Of a DNA stretch of 64,000 bases, positions 30,379-39,117 are shown piece after piece (within the stretch, counting starts at the first letter, position 1; each line of letters starts with the position of its first letter). The DNA lies in the NCBI GenBank assembly GCA_949295005.1, contig CASFJL010000005.1:2589-66588 (forward strand), read 5' to 3'. This DNA comes from an uncultured Pseudomonadota bacterium (GTDB lineage Bacteria > Pseudomonadota > Alphaproteobacteria > RF32 > CAG-239). Below the pieces are notes generated by a model, which did not search any database, was not told where the DNA came from, and worked only from the letters and a program-made list of their open reading frames with translations. Position numbers and translations under genes: made by a program.

Positions 30379-31371
30379 ATGGAAAATCGAAGCATTGAAG
30401 AATTAAAAGCCGGATTTGAGCGTTTTTACACGGAAAATCTTTTGCCGATTGCGCAAGTTACCGAAAATATCAGAAAAAAATATTTGCGCTATTTTATTAT
30501 CGGTTGCTTGTTTGCTTTTGTGAGCATTCCGGCAATTATGTTTTGGATTTTTACTCACCAAGAACAACTCAGCTCTCAACCACCTCAAGATGATTGGCAA
30601 ACCTCAGCTGCTTATATGATTATTTTAATCATTCTCGCAATTGCCGGTTCTCCGCTGTATCTTTATCGCAAAAAATCTAAAAACCAATTGATGCCAGAGC
30701 TTATTAAATATTTTGACGGCTTTATTTATCAGTTTGAAGGAAATATCAGTTCTGCAATTGTTCAAAAATCGCGCTTGATTAATGATTATAATGCTCATTC
30801 TTGCGATGATTATTTTTCCGGCACATATAAAAATGTGGAAATGATAGTTTCTGAAGAAAAATTTGAAAAAGTGACAACATCTTATAATAATGGCAAAAGC
30901 AGAGAACATCGCTCAAACGTGTTTGACGGTATTATTGTTTTACTTTCAATGAACAAAGATTTTTCCGGTCAAACTGTTGTTTTTCAAGATAAGGGGATTT
31001 TTAATAAGGTTGTTTCTTGGAGCAGAAATCTCTCGGGCTTGGAAACTATCCGTCTTGAAGATAGCCTATTTGAAAAAGAATTTGAGGCTTATGGCACCAA
31101 CCAAGTGGAAGCGCGCTATCTCCTCACAACAGCATTTATGGAAAGAATGCTGAAACTAAGAGAAGCCTATAAAGCCAACCGCATTGAGTTTAGCTTTTTT
31201 GACAACCGCCTTTTCATCACTTTAGCCACCAAAAAAAATATGTTTGAGGCCGCTTCCCTTTTTAAAAGCTGCTTGGATAGAACTTTGATTGATGAAACAT
31301 TCAATCAGTTTCTTTCCATTATGGCCATTATTGATATTCTAAAACTGGATAAAATCCAATATACGGGGTGA
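30379..31371 (+). CDS. membrane protein, DUF3137-like (LemA-associated)
   Basis: Starts 6 nt after lemA. Two central TM helices are followed by a soluble domain. The DUF3137 assignment is from memory of family architecture, not from an alignment. Confidence 0.5.
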   Translation: MENRSIEELKAGFERFYTENLLPIAQVTENIRKKYLRYFIIGCLFAFVSIPAIMFWIFTHQEQLSSQPPQDDWQTSAAYMIILIILAIAGSPLYLYRKKSKNQLMPELIKYFDGFIYQFEGNISSAIVQKSRLINDYNAHSCDDYFSGTYKNVEMIVSEEKFEKVTTSYNNGKSREHRSNVFDGIIVLLSMNKDFSGQTVVFQDKGIFNKVVSWSRNLSGLETIRLEDSLFEKEFEAYGTNQVEARYLLTTAFMERMLKLREAYKANRIEFSFFDNRLFITLATKKNMFEAASLFKSCLDRTLIDETFNQFLSIMAIIDILKLDKIQYTG

Positions 31372-31390
31372 AGAAAAAGGCTTGTAAAAA

Positions 31391-32104
31391 TTACAAGCCT
31401 TTTTTATTTCTCCACTGCTTTCCCTGCTGCAAGATTTGTTGTTGGCGGTAGTGGGTTTGAATATTGACTAGAGTTTGAATATAATTGTTTTCTAAATTTT
31501 CTTTGCGCAAAAATTTATCTATTACCTTATCTCCAACAGAATTATGGTCATCAAAATCTAAAACTTCCGCGCAAATTTTGCTCACCAACCTTTCTTTGGC
31601 CAAATGCGGCAATTGATATTTTTTCACATCATCTTCCACGCAGATATGGGTGAACTCGTGCGTAATTATAAGCGGTAAAAAATTTGGTGTCATACACTGA
31701 GGGCTCAATGTAATTTCATTTTTTTCAGTATTATAAAAACCGCCGCTCATCGCACCGGACAAATTGATGGTTAAATTTTCCGGATGTTTTATCGGCAGTT
31801 TTTGCAACATCTCGTTTTTTTCCAGCACAAAAGGAATGGCTTTTTTTTCTATTATCTTTTTACTTTCTTCTAACTTTTCTTTATCATAAATTTTTGTTGT
31901 AAAATAAGTTTCTACCTCTTTTAATTCTTCCTCACTCAAATTTGGTTTAGAAAATTTTTCTAATAAATAATGATGATAAAAAAAGCTCTCTGCCGGATAA
32001 AACTTGGCATATTTTTGATGATAGCCCTGATAAACATTCAACTGATGTTGCCAACTTTCCTGTTCATCCAATATTTTAACCGCAATTTTCATATTTTTCT
32101 CCAT
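31391..32104 (-). CDS. hypothetical protein with HExxH motif (putative zinc metallopeptidase)
   Basis: LIITHEFTHICVEDD is the only recognisable feature. 237 aa with no signal peptide. Confidence 0.5.
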   Translation of the reverse strand: MEKNMKIAVKILDEQESWQHQLNVYQGYHQKYAKFYPAESFFYHHYLLEKFSKPNLSEEELKEVETYFTTKIYDKEKLEESKKIIEKKAIPFVLEKNEMLQKLPIKHPENLTINLSGAMSGGFYNTEKNEITLSPQCMTPNFLPLIITHEFTHICVEDDVKKYQLPHLAKERLVSKICAEVLDFDDHNSVGDKVIDKFLRKENLENNYIQTLVNIQTHYRQQQILQQGKQWRNKKGL

Positions 32105-32199
32105 AATGCAAGAATAAAATATTTTTCTTGATTTTGCTAGAGTTTTTTAACCAATGGCTTTTATACTTAATGCAAATAAACATTAAGGGAGAAAAAATT

Positions 32200-33120
32200 A
32201 TGAAAGTTGGAATTATCGGTGCCGGATTTGTTGGTAGTACCACAGCTTATACTTTGGTTTTGAAGTCTTTGGCTAGTGAAATTGTCCTTATTGACCTTAA
32301 CGAAGCAAAAGCTGAAGCCGAAGCCTTAGATGTACTGCATGCCGCTGCATTAAACAGCCCTTGCAAAGTTCATCGTGGTGAATTTTCTGATTTGAAAGAT
32401 GCTAATGTTGTCATTATCTGTGCCGATGCGCAACCCCCTCTTGCCAATGCGGCTTCTGATACTTTGGAAAATAATAAAGCAATTATGAAAAAAATTGTGC
32501 CTGAAATTGTAAAATTTGCTCCAAGCTCCATTATCTTAGTGGCTACAAACCCCGTGGATATTATTACTAAAATTGTGCTCGATTTTTCTCAATTTCCAAA
32601 AGACAGAGTTATTGGAACCGGAACTGTTTTGGATTCTGCTCGTTTTCGCGCTATTTTGGCTGAAGAACTCAATATTGCACCGCATTCTATCCACGCTTAT
32701 GTTATGGGAGAACATGGAACTTCTGCCTTGCCTTCTTGGTCTACGGCAACAATCGGCGGAGAAAAAATTCTTTCTTATGCAAACAGAATCGGAAAACCTA
32801 TTTCTGAAGACAGACAAAAGCAGATTGCTTTAGAAATTGTTGAAAGCGTTTCCAAAATTAATCGTAGTAAAAAATCTACTTATTACGGAATTTCCGCCGC
32901 AATTGCAAAAATTATTGAAGCTATTGCCAAAAACCAAAAAGCTGATTTAACGGTCTCGACCTTGCAAGAAGATGTATACGGCATTAAAAACATTTGTATT
33001 TCTTTGCCAACCATTATTGATAGAACCGGAGCTCACCAATCTTTACTTCCGGATTTATCCAGTGAAGAAGCTTGGGCTTTGAAAAATAGCGCTCAAATTA
33101 TGGGAAAATACAATAATTAA
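32200..33120 (+). CDS. ldh: L-lactate/malate dehydrogenase family oxidoreductase
   Basis: MKVGIIGAGFVGS Rossmann start (AAGGGAG RBS), VATNPVD, GTGTVLDSARFR and YVMGEHG (catalytic His). The ORF-track start at 32128 is a TTG extension. Confidence 0.8.
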   Translation: MKVGIIGAGFVGSTTAYTLVLKSLASEIVLIDLNEAKAEAEALDVLHAAALNSPCKVHRGEFSDLKDANVVIICADAQPPLANAASDTLENNKAIMKKIVPEIVKFAPSSIILVATNPVDIITKIVLDFSQFPKDRVIGTGTVLDSARFRAILAEELNIAPHSIHAYVMGEHGTSALPSWSTATIGGEKILSYANRIGKPISEDRQKQIALEIVESVSKINRSKKSTYYGISAAIAKIIEAIAKNQKADLTVSTLQEDVYGIKNICISLPTIIDRTGAHQSLLPDLSSEEAWALKNSAQIMGKYNN

Positions 33121-33206
33121 CATTTATATTGACAAATCTTGCGAATGAATTATTTATAAAAACATAGATTGTTATATATATGTTTAATTAAAAAAAATTA
33201 ATTATT

Positions 33207-33527
33207 ATGGAAAAGAGAATTGTCAATGTGTATCAAGCGCAACATGCTTTAAGAGATTCCGGTTTGCCTAACGCAAAGGGTATTGCCAATTATATGCCGC
33301 AGTTGATTAAGGTTAAGGAACACTCTGGATGGAAGTTTTTATTCTATTGGGAATGGGGAAATTTTGCTTATGACCCTGTTAAGCAGATTTGCGGCTGTTC
33401 CGGCAATGCGCGTGATGCCAAAGATTTTGAAAACTTGTTTTATGAAGTTGCCAAAGTCGGCGACCATAATAAAAAAGCAAGAGTTGTTGATTTCAAAGGT
33501 TATCCGGCCGTTGAAATTGATGAGTAA
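33207..33527 (+). CDS. hypothetical protein (106 aa)
   Basis: Isolated ORF with its own terminator. No family recognised. Confidence 0.45.
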   Translation: MEKRIVNVYQAQHALRDSGLPNAKGIANYMPQLIKVKEHSGWKFLFYWEWGNFAYDPVKQICGCSGNARDAKDFENLFYEVAKVGDHNKKARVVDFKGYPAVEIDE

Positions 33528-33541
33528 AAATAACAAAAAAA

Positions 33542-33570
33542 AAGAAGTTCCTCTTTACAAGGAACTTCTT
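33542..33570. terminator. bidirectional terminator between convergent genes
   Basis: AAGAAGTTCCT / AGGAACTTCTT 11-bp stem, 7-nt loop, with an A-run on the left and a T-run on the right. Confidence 0.7.
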
Positions 33571-33576
33571 TTTTTG

Positions 33577-34308
33577 TTATTGACGTGCTTCAAAAATTTC
33601 AAATGTTGATTTTAAATATGCTAATAATTCTTTATCTTCAAAAAACTTCTCACACTCGCTATCTGGTGTATTATCACCTTCAACCTGACGATAGCGTTGA
33701 AGATAATATTCTTTAACCCCTTTGGCTTTGAGTTCTTCGGCAATTGTATAAATATCTTTGACACTTAATACTCTCGGGTCACAAGTGGTGCGACACTCAA
33801 AATGCTTGCCGCTTTTTATTAACATATCCAAGCTTTTCATGGCTTTTTCAAAGTGGTTAATTCCGCCAACTGCTTTGGTATAATGTTCGGCATTCAACGG
33901 GGCCTTAATGTCAAAACCAACCCAATCAAGCAAAGGCAATATTTTTTCAAAATGCTCAGGACGATACCCTCCTGTGTGCATTCCAACCTCATACCCCATA
34001 TCTTTAACTTGTTTAATATAATCTATTAAACAATCTTGAACCAAAGGCTCTCCACCACTAAAAACAACCGCATCTAATATGCCTTTTCTACCCTTCAAAA
34101 ACTCTGCAAATTTCTCCCAAATAAAATTGGTTTCCGCACCGATTTTTTGTAAAGCTTTGTTGTGGCAAAAAGGGCAACGCCACGGACAGCCCTGCATAAA
34201 GACAACAGCGGCCATCTTATTTGGAAAATCGACGGTGCTGAATGTTTCAACACCGCCGATTTTAATCTCTTCTTGCATTATTTTTTCAATAATACTATTC
34301 AGCTGCAA
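33577..34308 (-). CDS. nrdG: anaerobic ribonucleoside-triphosphate reductase activating protein (radical SAM)
   Basis: GCPWRCPFCHN radical-SAM cluster motif and VVFSGGEPL. Located directly downstream of nrdD. Confidence 0.9.
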   Translation of the reverse strand: MQLNSIIEKIMQEEIKIGGVETFSTVDFPNKMAAVVFMQGCPWRCPFCHNKALQKIGAETNFIWEKFAEFLKGRKGILDAVVFSGGEPLVQDCLIDYIKQVKDMGYEVGMHTGGYRPEHFEKILPLLDWVGFDIKAPLNAEHYTKAVGGINHFEKAMKSLDMLIKSGKHFECRTTCDPRVLSVKDIYTIAEELKAKGVKEYYLQRYRQVEGDNTPDSECEKFFEDKELLAYLKSTFEIFEARQ

Positions 34309-34507
34309 TGGCTGTATAATCTTCTCTTGCTTCCATACCTGCGATTGCTTTGCTTTCAGAGAAGCATACTCTTGTATAAAACTCTGACTTTTTGCCTTTG
34401 TTGAACTCAGATACCGGACGCAAATAACCCATTACTCTGGTCCAAACTTCGCAAGGTTGTCTTTCTTCATCTGATAATCTAACATCATTAATATTAATTG
34501 TAGTCAT
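34295..34507 (-). CDS. stand-alone glycyl-radical module of class III RNR (NrdD C-terminal loop encoded as a separate 70-aa ORF)
   Basis: EVWTRVMGYLRPVSEFNKGKKSEFYTRV matches the conserved NrdD C-terminal glycyl-radical motif (R-x-x-G-Y-x-R-P-V-x-x-x-N-x-G-K). It has its own GGAG 10 nt upstream of the ATG and overlaps nrdG by 14 nt. Confidence 0.7.
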   Translation of the reverse strand: MTTININDVRLSDEERQPCEVWTRVMGYLRPVSEFNKGKKSEFYTRVCFSESKAIAGMEAREDYTAIAAE

Positions 34508-34542
34508 TTTTAATATACTCCAAGTTCTAAGAATTATTAACT

Positions 34543-36597
34543 TTATGCAACTTCTTTTCTAGAGGCTGCGGCTCTTTTTTCTGCCATTTTCTCTTCATCG
34601 CAGATTGGGCAGTATTTGTGTTCTCCGGAAATATATCCATGTTTTGGGCACACGGAGAAAGTCGGAGTGATGGTAATGTATGGTAAACGATAGTTGGTCA
34701 AAACTTTTCTTACCAAGTCACGGCAAACTTTGGCTGAAGACAGCTTTTGTCCCATGTAAAGGTGAAGAACCGTTCCACCTGTGTATTTTGTTTGCAAGCG
34801 AGCTTGCAAATCCAAAGCTTCAAACGGGTCATCCGTAAAGCCAACCGGCAATTGTGAAGAGTTGGTATAATACGGATTTTCTTGCGTGCCGGCTTGAATG
34901 ATATTCGGGAAGCGTTTTTTATCTTCACGAGCAAAACGATAAGTTGCGCTTTCTGCCGGTGTGGCTTCCAAGTTATACATATGACCGGTTTCTTCTTGAA
35001 TCTTAACCATTTGAGCACGGATATAATCCAAAAACTTCTCGGCAAAATCTTGACCAAACGGCGTAGAGATATTTTCTTTGCCATCGGTGTAGTTCAAAAT
35101 CATTTCATTGATACCGTTAACACCAATGGTAGAGAAGTGATTGCGCAATGTTCCCAAGTAGCGTTTGGTATAAGGATACAAACCATTGTCAATCAAGCGT
35201 TGAATTACCTTGCGTTTGATTTCTAAAGAAGTGCGCGCAATGTTCATCAACTCATCAACACGAGCAAATAAACCTGTTTCATTGCCTTTATAAACATAAC
35301 CTAAACGTGCGCAGTTAAAAGTAACAACACCGATTGAACCTGTTTGCTCCGCTGAACCGAACAAGCCGTTGCCTCTTGCCAACAATTCACGCAAATCTAA
35401 TTGCAAACGGCAGCACATTGAACGAATTTGACCTGGTTTTAAAGAAGAATTGATAAAGTTTTGGAAATAAGGCAAACCATATTTTGCAGTCATTTCAAAC
35501 AACAATTCAGTATTCTCATCTTCCCACGGGAAATCCGGCGTCATATTATATGTCGGAATCGGGAATGTGAACGGACGACCTTTAATATCACCTCTCATCA
35601 TAACCTTGATGTAGGCTTTATTAATCATATGCATTTCTTCTTTCAAGTCACCATATGTAAAGTCTTGCTCAACACCTGCAATAATTGGGTGTTTATCGCG
35701 CAAATCTTCAGGGCATACCCAGTCAAAAGTAAAGTTGGTAAACGGTGTTTGTGAACCCCAACGAGAAGGAACATTCAAGTTATAAATCAGCTCTTGAAAA
35801 GCTTGTTCAACTTGATCATAATTTAATTTATCTGCTCTGACATAAGGTGCCAAATAAGTATCAACTGATGAAAAAGCTTGTGCTCCGGCCCATTCATTTT
35901 GCAAAGTGCCCATGAAGTTAACCATTTGTCCGATTGCGGCAGACAAGTGTTTTGCCGGACCGGCTTCAGCCTTACCAGGGACACCGTTAAAACCTTCATG
36001 AAGTAAGTTTTTCAAAGACCAACCGGCACAATATGCTGCCAACATATCCAAATCATGAATATGAATATCTCCATTGCGGTGTGCTTCTCCAACATTGGAA
36101 GGATATACATGGCTCAACCAATAGTTTGCTGTAACTTTACCGGAAACATTCAAAATCAAACCACCGTTTGAGTAACCTTGGTTGGCGTTGGCATTAACAC
36201 GCCAGTCCAATCTTTCCAAATATTCATTAATAGAGCTTTCAACATCTACCATTACCTTTTTATCACTACGCATACGATTGCGTTGGTCTCTATACAAGAT
36301 GTAGGCCTTGGCTGTGGCAAAATAGTTTGCAGAAATTAAAACTTGTTCTACCACATCTTGAATTTGTTCAATTGAAGGCAAGCTCTCTGCAAATTTGTGT
36401 TTTAGAACTTTCATAACTTGGGCTGTCAGCAACCAACTTTCTTCTTCACCAAATTCATTGGTATTTTGACCGGCTTTCAAAATTGCATTATAAATTTTTG
36501 TATTATCAAAAGGTGCCAAAGTACCATCTCTCTTGGTGACATTTTCAAATGGCGTGTTTTCATTTTCTTGTGATAAATTTAACTTGGTTTCTGACAT
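34543..36597 (-). CDS. nrdD: anaerobic ribonucleoside-triphosphate reductase, large polypeptide (ATP-cone + barrel + Zn ribbon, lacking the glycyl-radical loop)
   Basis: N-terminal ATP-cone (VTKRDGTLAPFDNTKI...KAYILYRDQR), a core with RSMCCRL and GSIGVVTFN, and C-terminal CPKHG...CPICD. The ORF stops 15 codons after the Zn ribbon. Confidence 0.9.
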   Translation of the reverse strand: MSETKLNLSQENENTPFENVTKRDGTLAPFDNTKIYNAILKAGQNTNEFGEEESWLLTAQVMKVLKHKFAESLPSIEQIQDVVEQVLISANYFATAKAYILYRDQRNRMRSDKKVMVDVESSINEYLERLDWRVNANANQGYSNGGLILNVSGKVTANYWLSHVYPSNVGEAHRNGDIHIHDLDMLAAYCAGWSLKNLLHEGFNGVPGKAEAGPAKHLSAAIGQMVNFMGTLQNEWAGAQAFSSVDTYLAPYVRADKLNYDQVEQAFQELIYNLNVPSRWGSQTPFTNFTFDWVCPEDLRDKHPIIAGVEQDFTYGDLKEEMHMINKAYIKVMMRGDIKGRPFTFPIPTYNMTPDFPWEDENTELLFEMTAKYGLPYFQNFINSSLKPGQIRSMCCRLQLDLRELLARGNGLFGSAEQTGSIGVVTFNCARLGYVYKGNETGLFARVDELMNIARTSLEIKRKVIQRLIDNGLYPYTKRYLGTLRNHFSTIGVNGINEMILNYTDGKENISTPFGQDFAEKFLDYIRAQMVKIQEETGHMYNLEATPAESATYRFAREDKKRFPNIIQAGTQENPYYTNSSQLPVGFTDDPFEALDLQARLQTKYTGGTVLHLYMGQKLSSAKVCRDLVRKVLTNYRLPYITITPTFSVCPKHGYISGEHKYCPICDEEKMAEKRAAASRKEVA

Positions 36598-36647
36598 CTC
36601 TATTTTTGACCCCTCTTCAATATTCAGAAATTACCCATAAAGAAAAA

Positions 36648-36693
36648 CTACTACATTTTGTATTAAGAAAAAGTAAATAACAAAATATTGTGT
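36648..36693. promoter_or_regulatory. candidate tandem NrdR boxes, proximal pair
   Basis: CTACTACATTTTGTAT (36648..36663) matches the remembered consensus acaCwAtATaTwGtgt at 10/16. AACAAAATATTGTGT (about 36678..36693) matches at 13/16 on the reverse strand. Centres are about 30 bp apart, 50-95 nt upstream of the nrdD ATG. Confidence 0.35.
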
Positions 36694-36956
36694 TTGACTT
36701 TTTTTGTTCGATTTAAAGCTTGTGAAAACTTCTGGCTTAATATTGCGTTATGATAACTTAGATAACAAGTATTTTAATCTTAACAAAACGCTAAAATTAT
36801 CTATCTTATTATATTTATTAGATAAAAAATTTTTTCTCTTGTAGATAAAATTCTTAATAACTTTTTTCTTATTTTTTTTATGCTTAAATTTGTGTCAAAA
36901 TCTACAAAAAACGCAACTAAAAAATGTATTTTTATCGCGACTCTGATTCTTTCTTT

Positions 36957-37004
36957 ATACAAATTATTGTAGGATTCGAATCTCTTTTATACAATATATA
37001 GTAA
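36957..37004. promoter_or_regulatory. candidate tandem NrdR boxes, distal pair
   Basis: ATACAAATTATTGTAG (36957..36972, 10/16) and ATACAATATATAGTAA (36989..37004, 13/16), with centres 32 bp apart, about 360-400 nt upstream of nrdD. Confidence 0.25.
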
Positions 37005-37010
37005 CATTAC

Positions 37011-37044
37011 AAAAAAAAATAAGAGAGCCTTGCGACTCTCTTAT
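37011..37044 (-). terminator. rho-independent terminator of the TolC-like lipoprotein gene
   Basis: ATAAGAGAG / CTCTCTTAT stem (37019..37027 / 37036..37044) with an 8-nt loop. On the minus strand it is followed by a T-run (A-run 37011..37019). Confidence 0.65.
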
Positions 37045-37060
37045 TTCTTGCTTCTTATTT

Positions 37061-38965
37061 TTAGTATTTAGGTTCGGTAACAACCTCTTCTCCAATGACG
37101 GTCTCTTCAATATATTCATCCGTACACTGCGGACCTAAACATCTTTTTAATACGGTTGCTTTTCTTCCTTCGGTCAACCCCATAACTCGCATAGATGGAA
37201 CATAGACATCTACAATTGTAATTTTAAAGGTTACATAAGCAATATTGCCTTCTTCATCAGATATATAAATTTTTATTTTATATTCTTTATTTTCAGATGG
37301 TTGTACTTGCCCCGTAAACCTCATTTCCGTTTCATCATAATTTAACCAGCTTGGTAAAGGTGAATCATCATGCAAACCGGCTTTTGTGGTTAACTTACCT
37401 TGAAAATCTATTTTATTCAACACTTCTTTTGGAAGTTTAAAGTCTATTCTTTGCCATGTTTCTACAACCATATCCGGCACTAAAATTTGTGAAGAAATAT
37501 TAACCGGCGGACGTTTGGCCGGAATATCCAACAAATACGGCCTGTTATCTGGCAAAAATTCTCCTTTTTCCCATTTTCTGAAGGTGCTTCTCAAATACAT
37601 TGCAATTTGAGACGGCTTTTCATTCAACATATAATAAGGCAGCGCATCTAATCCTAATGTTGCATATAAATTACCTAAAGAATCTTGCAATTCAACATAG
37701 GCTGAATAAGCATTCGTCTCATCTTCTATGGCTTTTGCTGCTTCCAACTTGCTTTTTTCTGCTTTACTACCATCCATTATGGTTGTGTCTTCTGCTATGT
37801 TTTCTGAAACATTGGCCAACTCTTGGCTGATTTGATAATCTTCATATGCTGACATATATCTGGCCCAAGCAACATATACTTGATTCAAAATCAAAGAGGT
37901 TATTCTTTGTCTGCGTAATGTCTCTAACTCATTTTCTGAAGGATTTTTTAAATCTTCAAAAATATGAATAGCAACTTCTTCTCCCTGTTTGGCTATCAAT
38001 CTATTATAATATGAAGGATTATTTTTATATTTTGTCTCTGACGGAGAGGCATATTTTTTTACATAAATCTTTAATTCTTCTTGAGATGTAACCATATCTC
38101 TTACTCTTAATTCCGGACGGTTGGTTAACGCTATCCACTCCATTTCTGAAAGATTTCCCTTTATTTCCGGCAAAGCAAAATTTCCATATTCTGAACCAAC
38201 AAGCTTATATTCACTATATGGATGCAACCCCATTAATGTTGCTAAACGAATCTCTGAATCTTCAAACTCTCTTTTTAATGATGATAAGGTTTTGATTGCC
38301 TCAACATAGTTTCTTTTTTGAATCATTTCATCCATTGTCAGGCTGATACCTTGTTGAGCTTGCTCTTTGGCTTTGGCATTTATTTCATCAACTGCTAAAG
38401 TCATATATTCAATCATATCATCAACCGTTGGCAAAAATTTTTGCGCTGTTAAGGTCTTCCAATATAAAATTCTGGTCTCTTGCAAAATATTATGAATAAC
38501 TTTGCGGCTTTGCTCATAAGCTATATTTCCTTTATATTCAGAATCCAAACTTTGATAATAGACACTTCCCACATCCAAAATATTCCATGCTTGTTTTAAT
38601 TCTGCATTAGATTTGGAAGAGGTTTTATCCGTAATATAGCCTGCTTGTTCAAAAACTTCAGGCATTTTATCATAGCTTACTTTGCCCGCTTTTATGATGC
38701 TTTCTTCATAACTGCTTATTCTGCGGCTGTAATTATATTTCAATGCCAAAGCCATAGCCATATACATATCTATTGGCTTTTCAATTTTTCTGGGAGTGGC
38801 GGCATACATATTTTGCATGTCACTATCTACTCTGATTGCTCTGTCCCAATCATTATATGCTACCGGTGCAGGAATACTTCCATCCTTGCTTGTATTGGAA
38901 GAATGCCATGTGCATGATGCACATACAAATAAAATTAAACAAAATATTAATGTAAGCCGTTTCAT
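37061..38965 (-). CDS. TolC-like outer-membrane efflux-family protein with C-terminal Ig-like (He_PIG/cadherin-like) domain
   Basis: Signal peptide with a Cys-containing end (LILFVCASC). Two OEP-like helical repeats (RPELRVRD..., LATLMGLHP). The C-terminal SPLPSWLNYDETEMRFTGQV...YKIKIYISDEEGN is typical of putative-Ig domains. Confidence 0.6.
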   Translation of the reverse strand: MKRLTLIFCLILFVCASCTWHSSNTSKDGSIPAPVAYNDWDRAIRVDSDMQNMYAATPRKIEKPIDMYMAMALALKYNYSRRISSYEESIIKAGKVSYDKMPEVFEQAGYITDKTSSKSNAELKQAWNILDVGSVYYQSLDSEYKGNIAYEQSRKVIHNILQETRILYWKTLTAQKFLPTVDDMIEYMTLAVDEINAKAKEQAQQGISLTMDEMIQKRNYVEAIKTLSSLKREFEDSEIRLATLMGLHPYSEYKLVGSEYGNFALPEIKGNLSEMEWIALTNRPELRVRDMVTSQEELKIYVKKYASPSETKYKNNPSYYNRLIAKQGEEVAIHIFEDLKNPSENELETLRRQRITSLILNQVYVAWARYMSAYEDYQISQELANVSENIAEDTTIMDGSKAEKSKLEAAKAIEDETNAYSAYVELQDSLGNLYATLGLDALPYYMLNEKPSQIAMYLRSTFRKWEKGEFLPDNRPYLLDIPAKRPPVNISSQILVPDMVVETWQRIDFKLPKEVLNKIDFQGKLTTKAGLHDDSPLPSWLNYDETEMRFTGQVQPSENKEYKIKIYISDEEGNIAYVTFKITIVDVYVPSMRVMGLTEGRKATVLKRCLGPQCTDEYIEETVIGEEVVTEPKY

Positions 38966-39117
38966 TATTATATATCCTATAGAGACACCTTTTTTGTTTA
39001 AGTTATACTAATTATTTTTATAATTACAGTATTTATTTGCTTTTATCCTACTTTCATATACAAATTATTAAATAAAAGGACTTATAATTTTTTTAAATTC
39101 TCCTTAAAGGATAAATA

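Noticed and set aside
34508-34542. The nrdD / 70-aa ORF gap as a simple nonsense codon or read-through site
   Set aside because: The downstream ORF is in a different frame, and the spacer contains further in-frame stops (TAA AGT TAA TAA). A single point error or read-through cannot fuse the two ORFs. A frameshift-type sequencing error or true gene decay remains possible and is flagged in the finding.
36919-36930. AAAAAATGTATT in the nrdD leader resembling the island repeat core
   Set aside because: It lacks the TTG-N prefix, is single-copy and lies in very AT-rich DNA. It is most likely coincidence.
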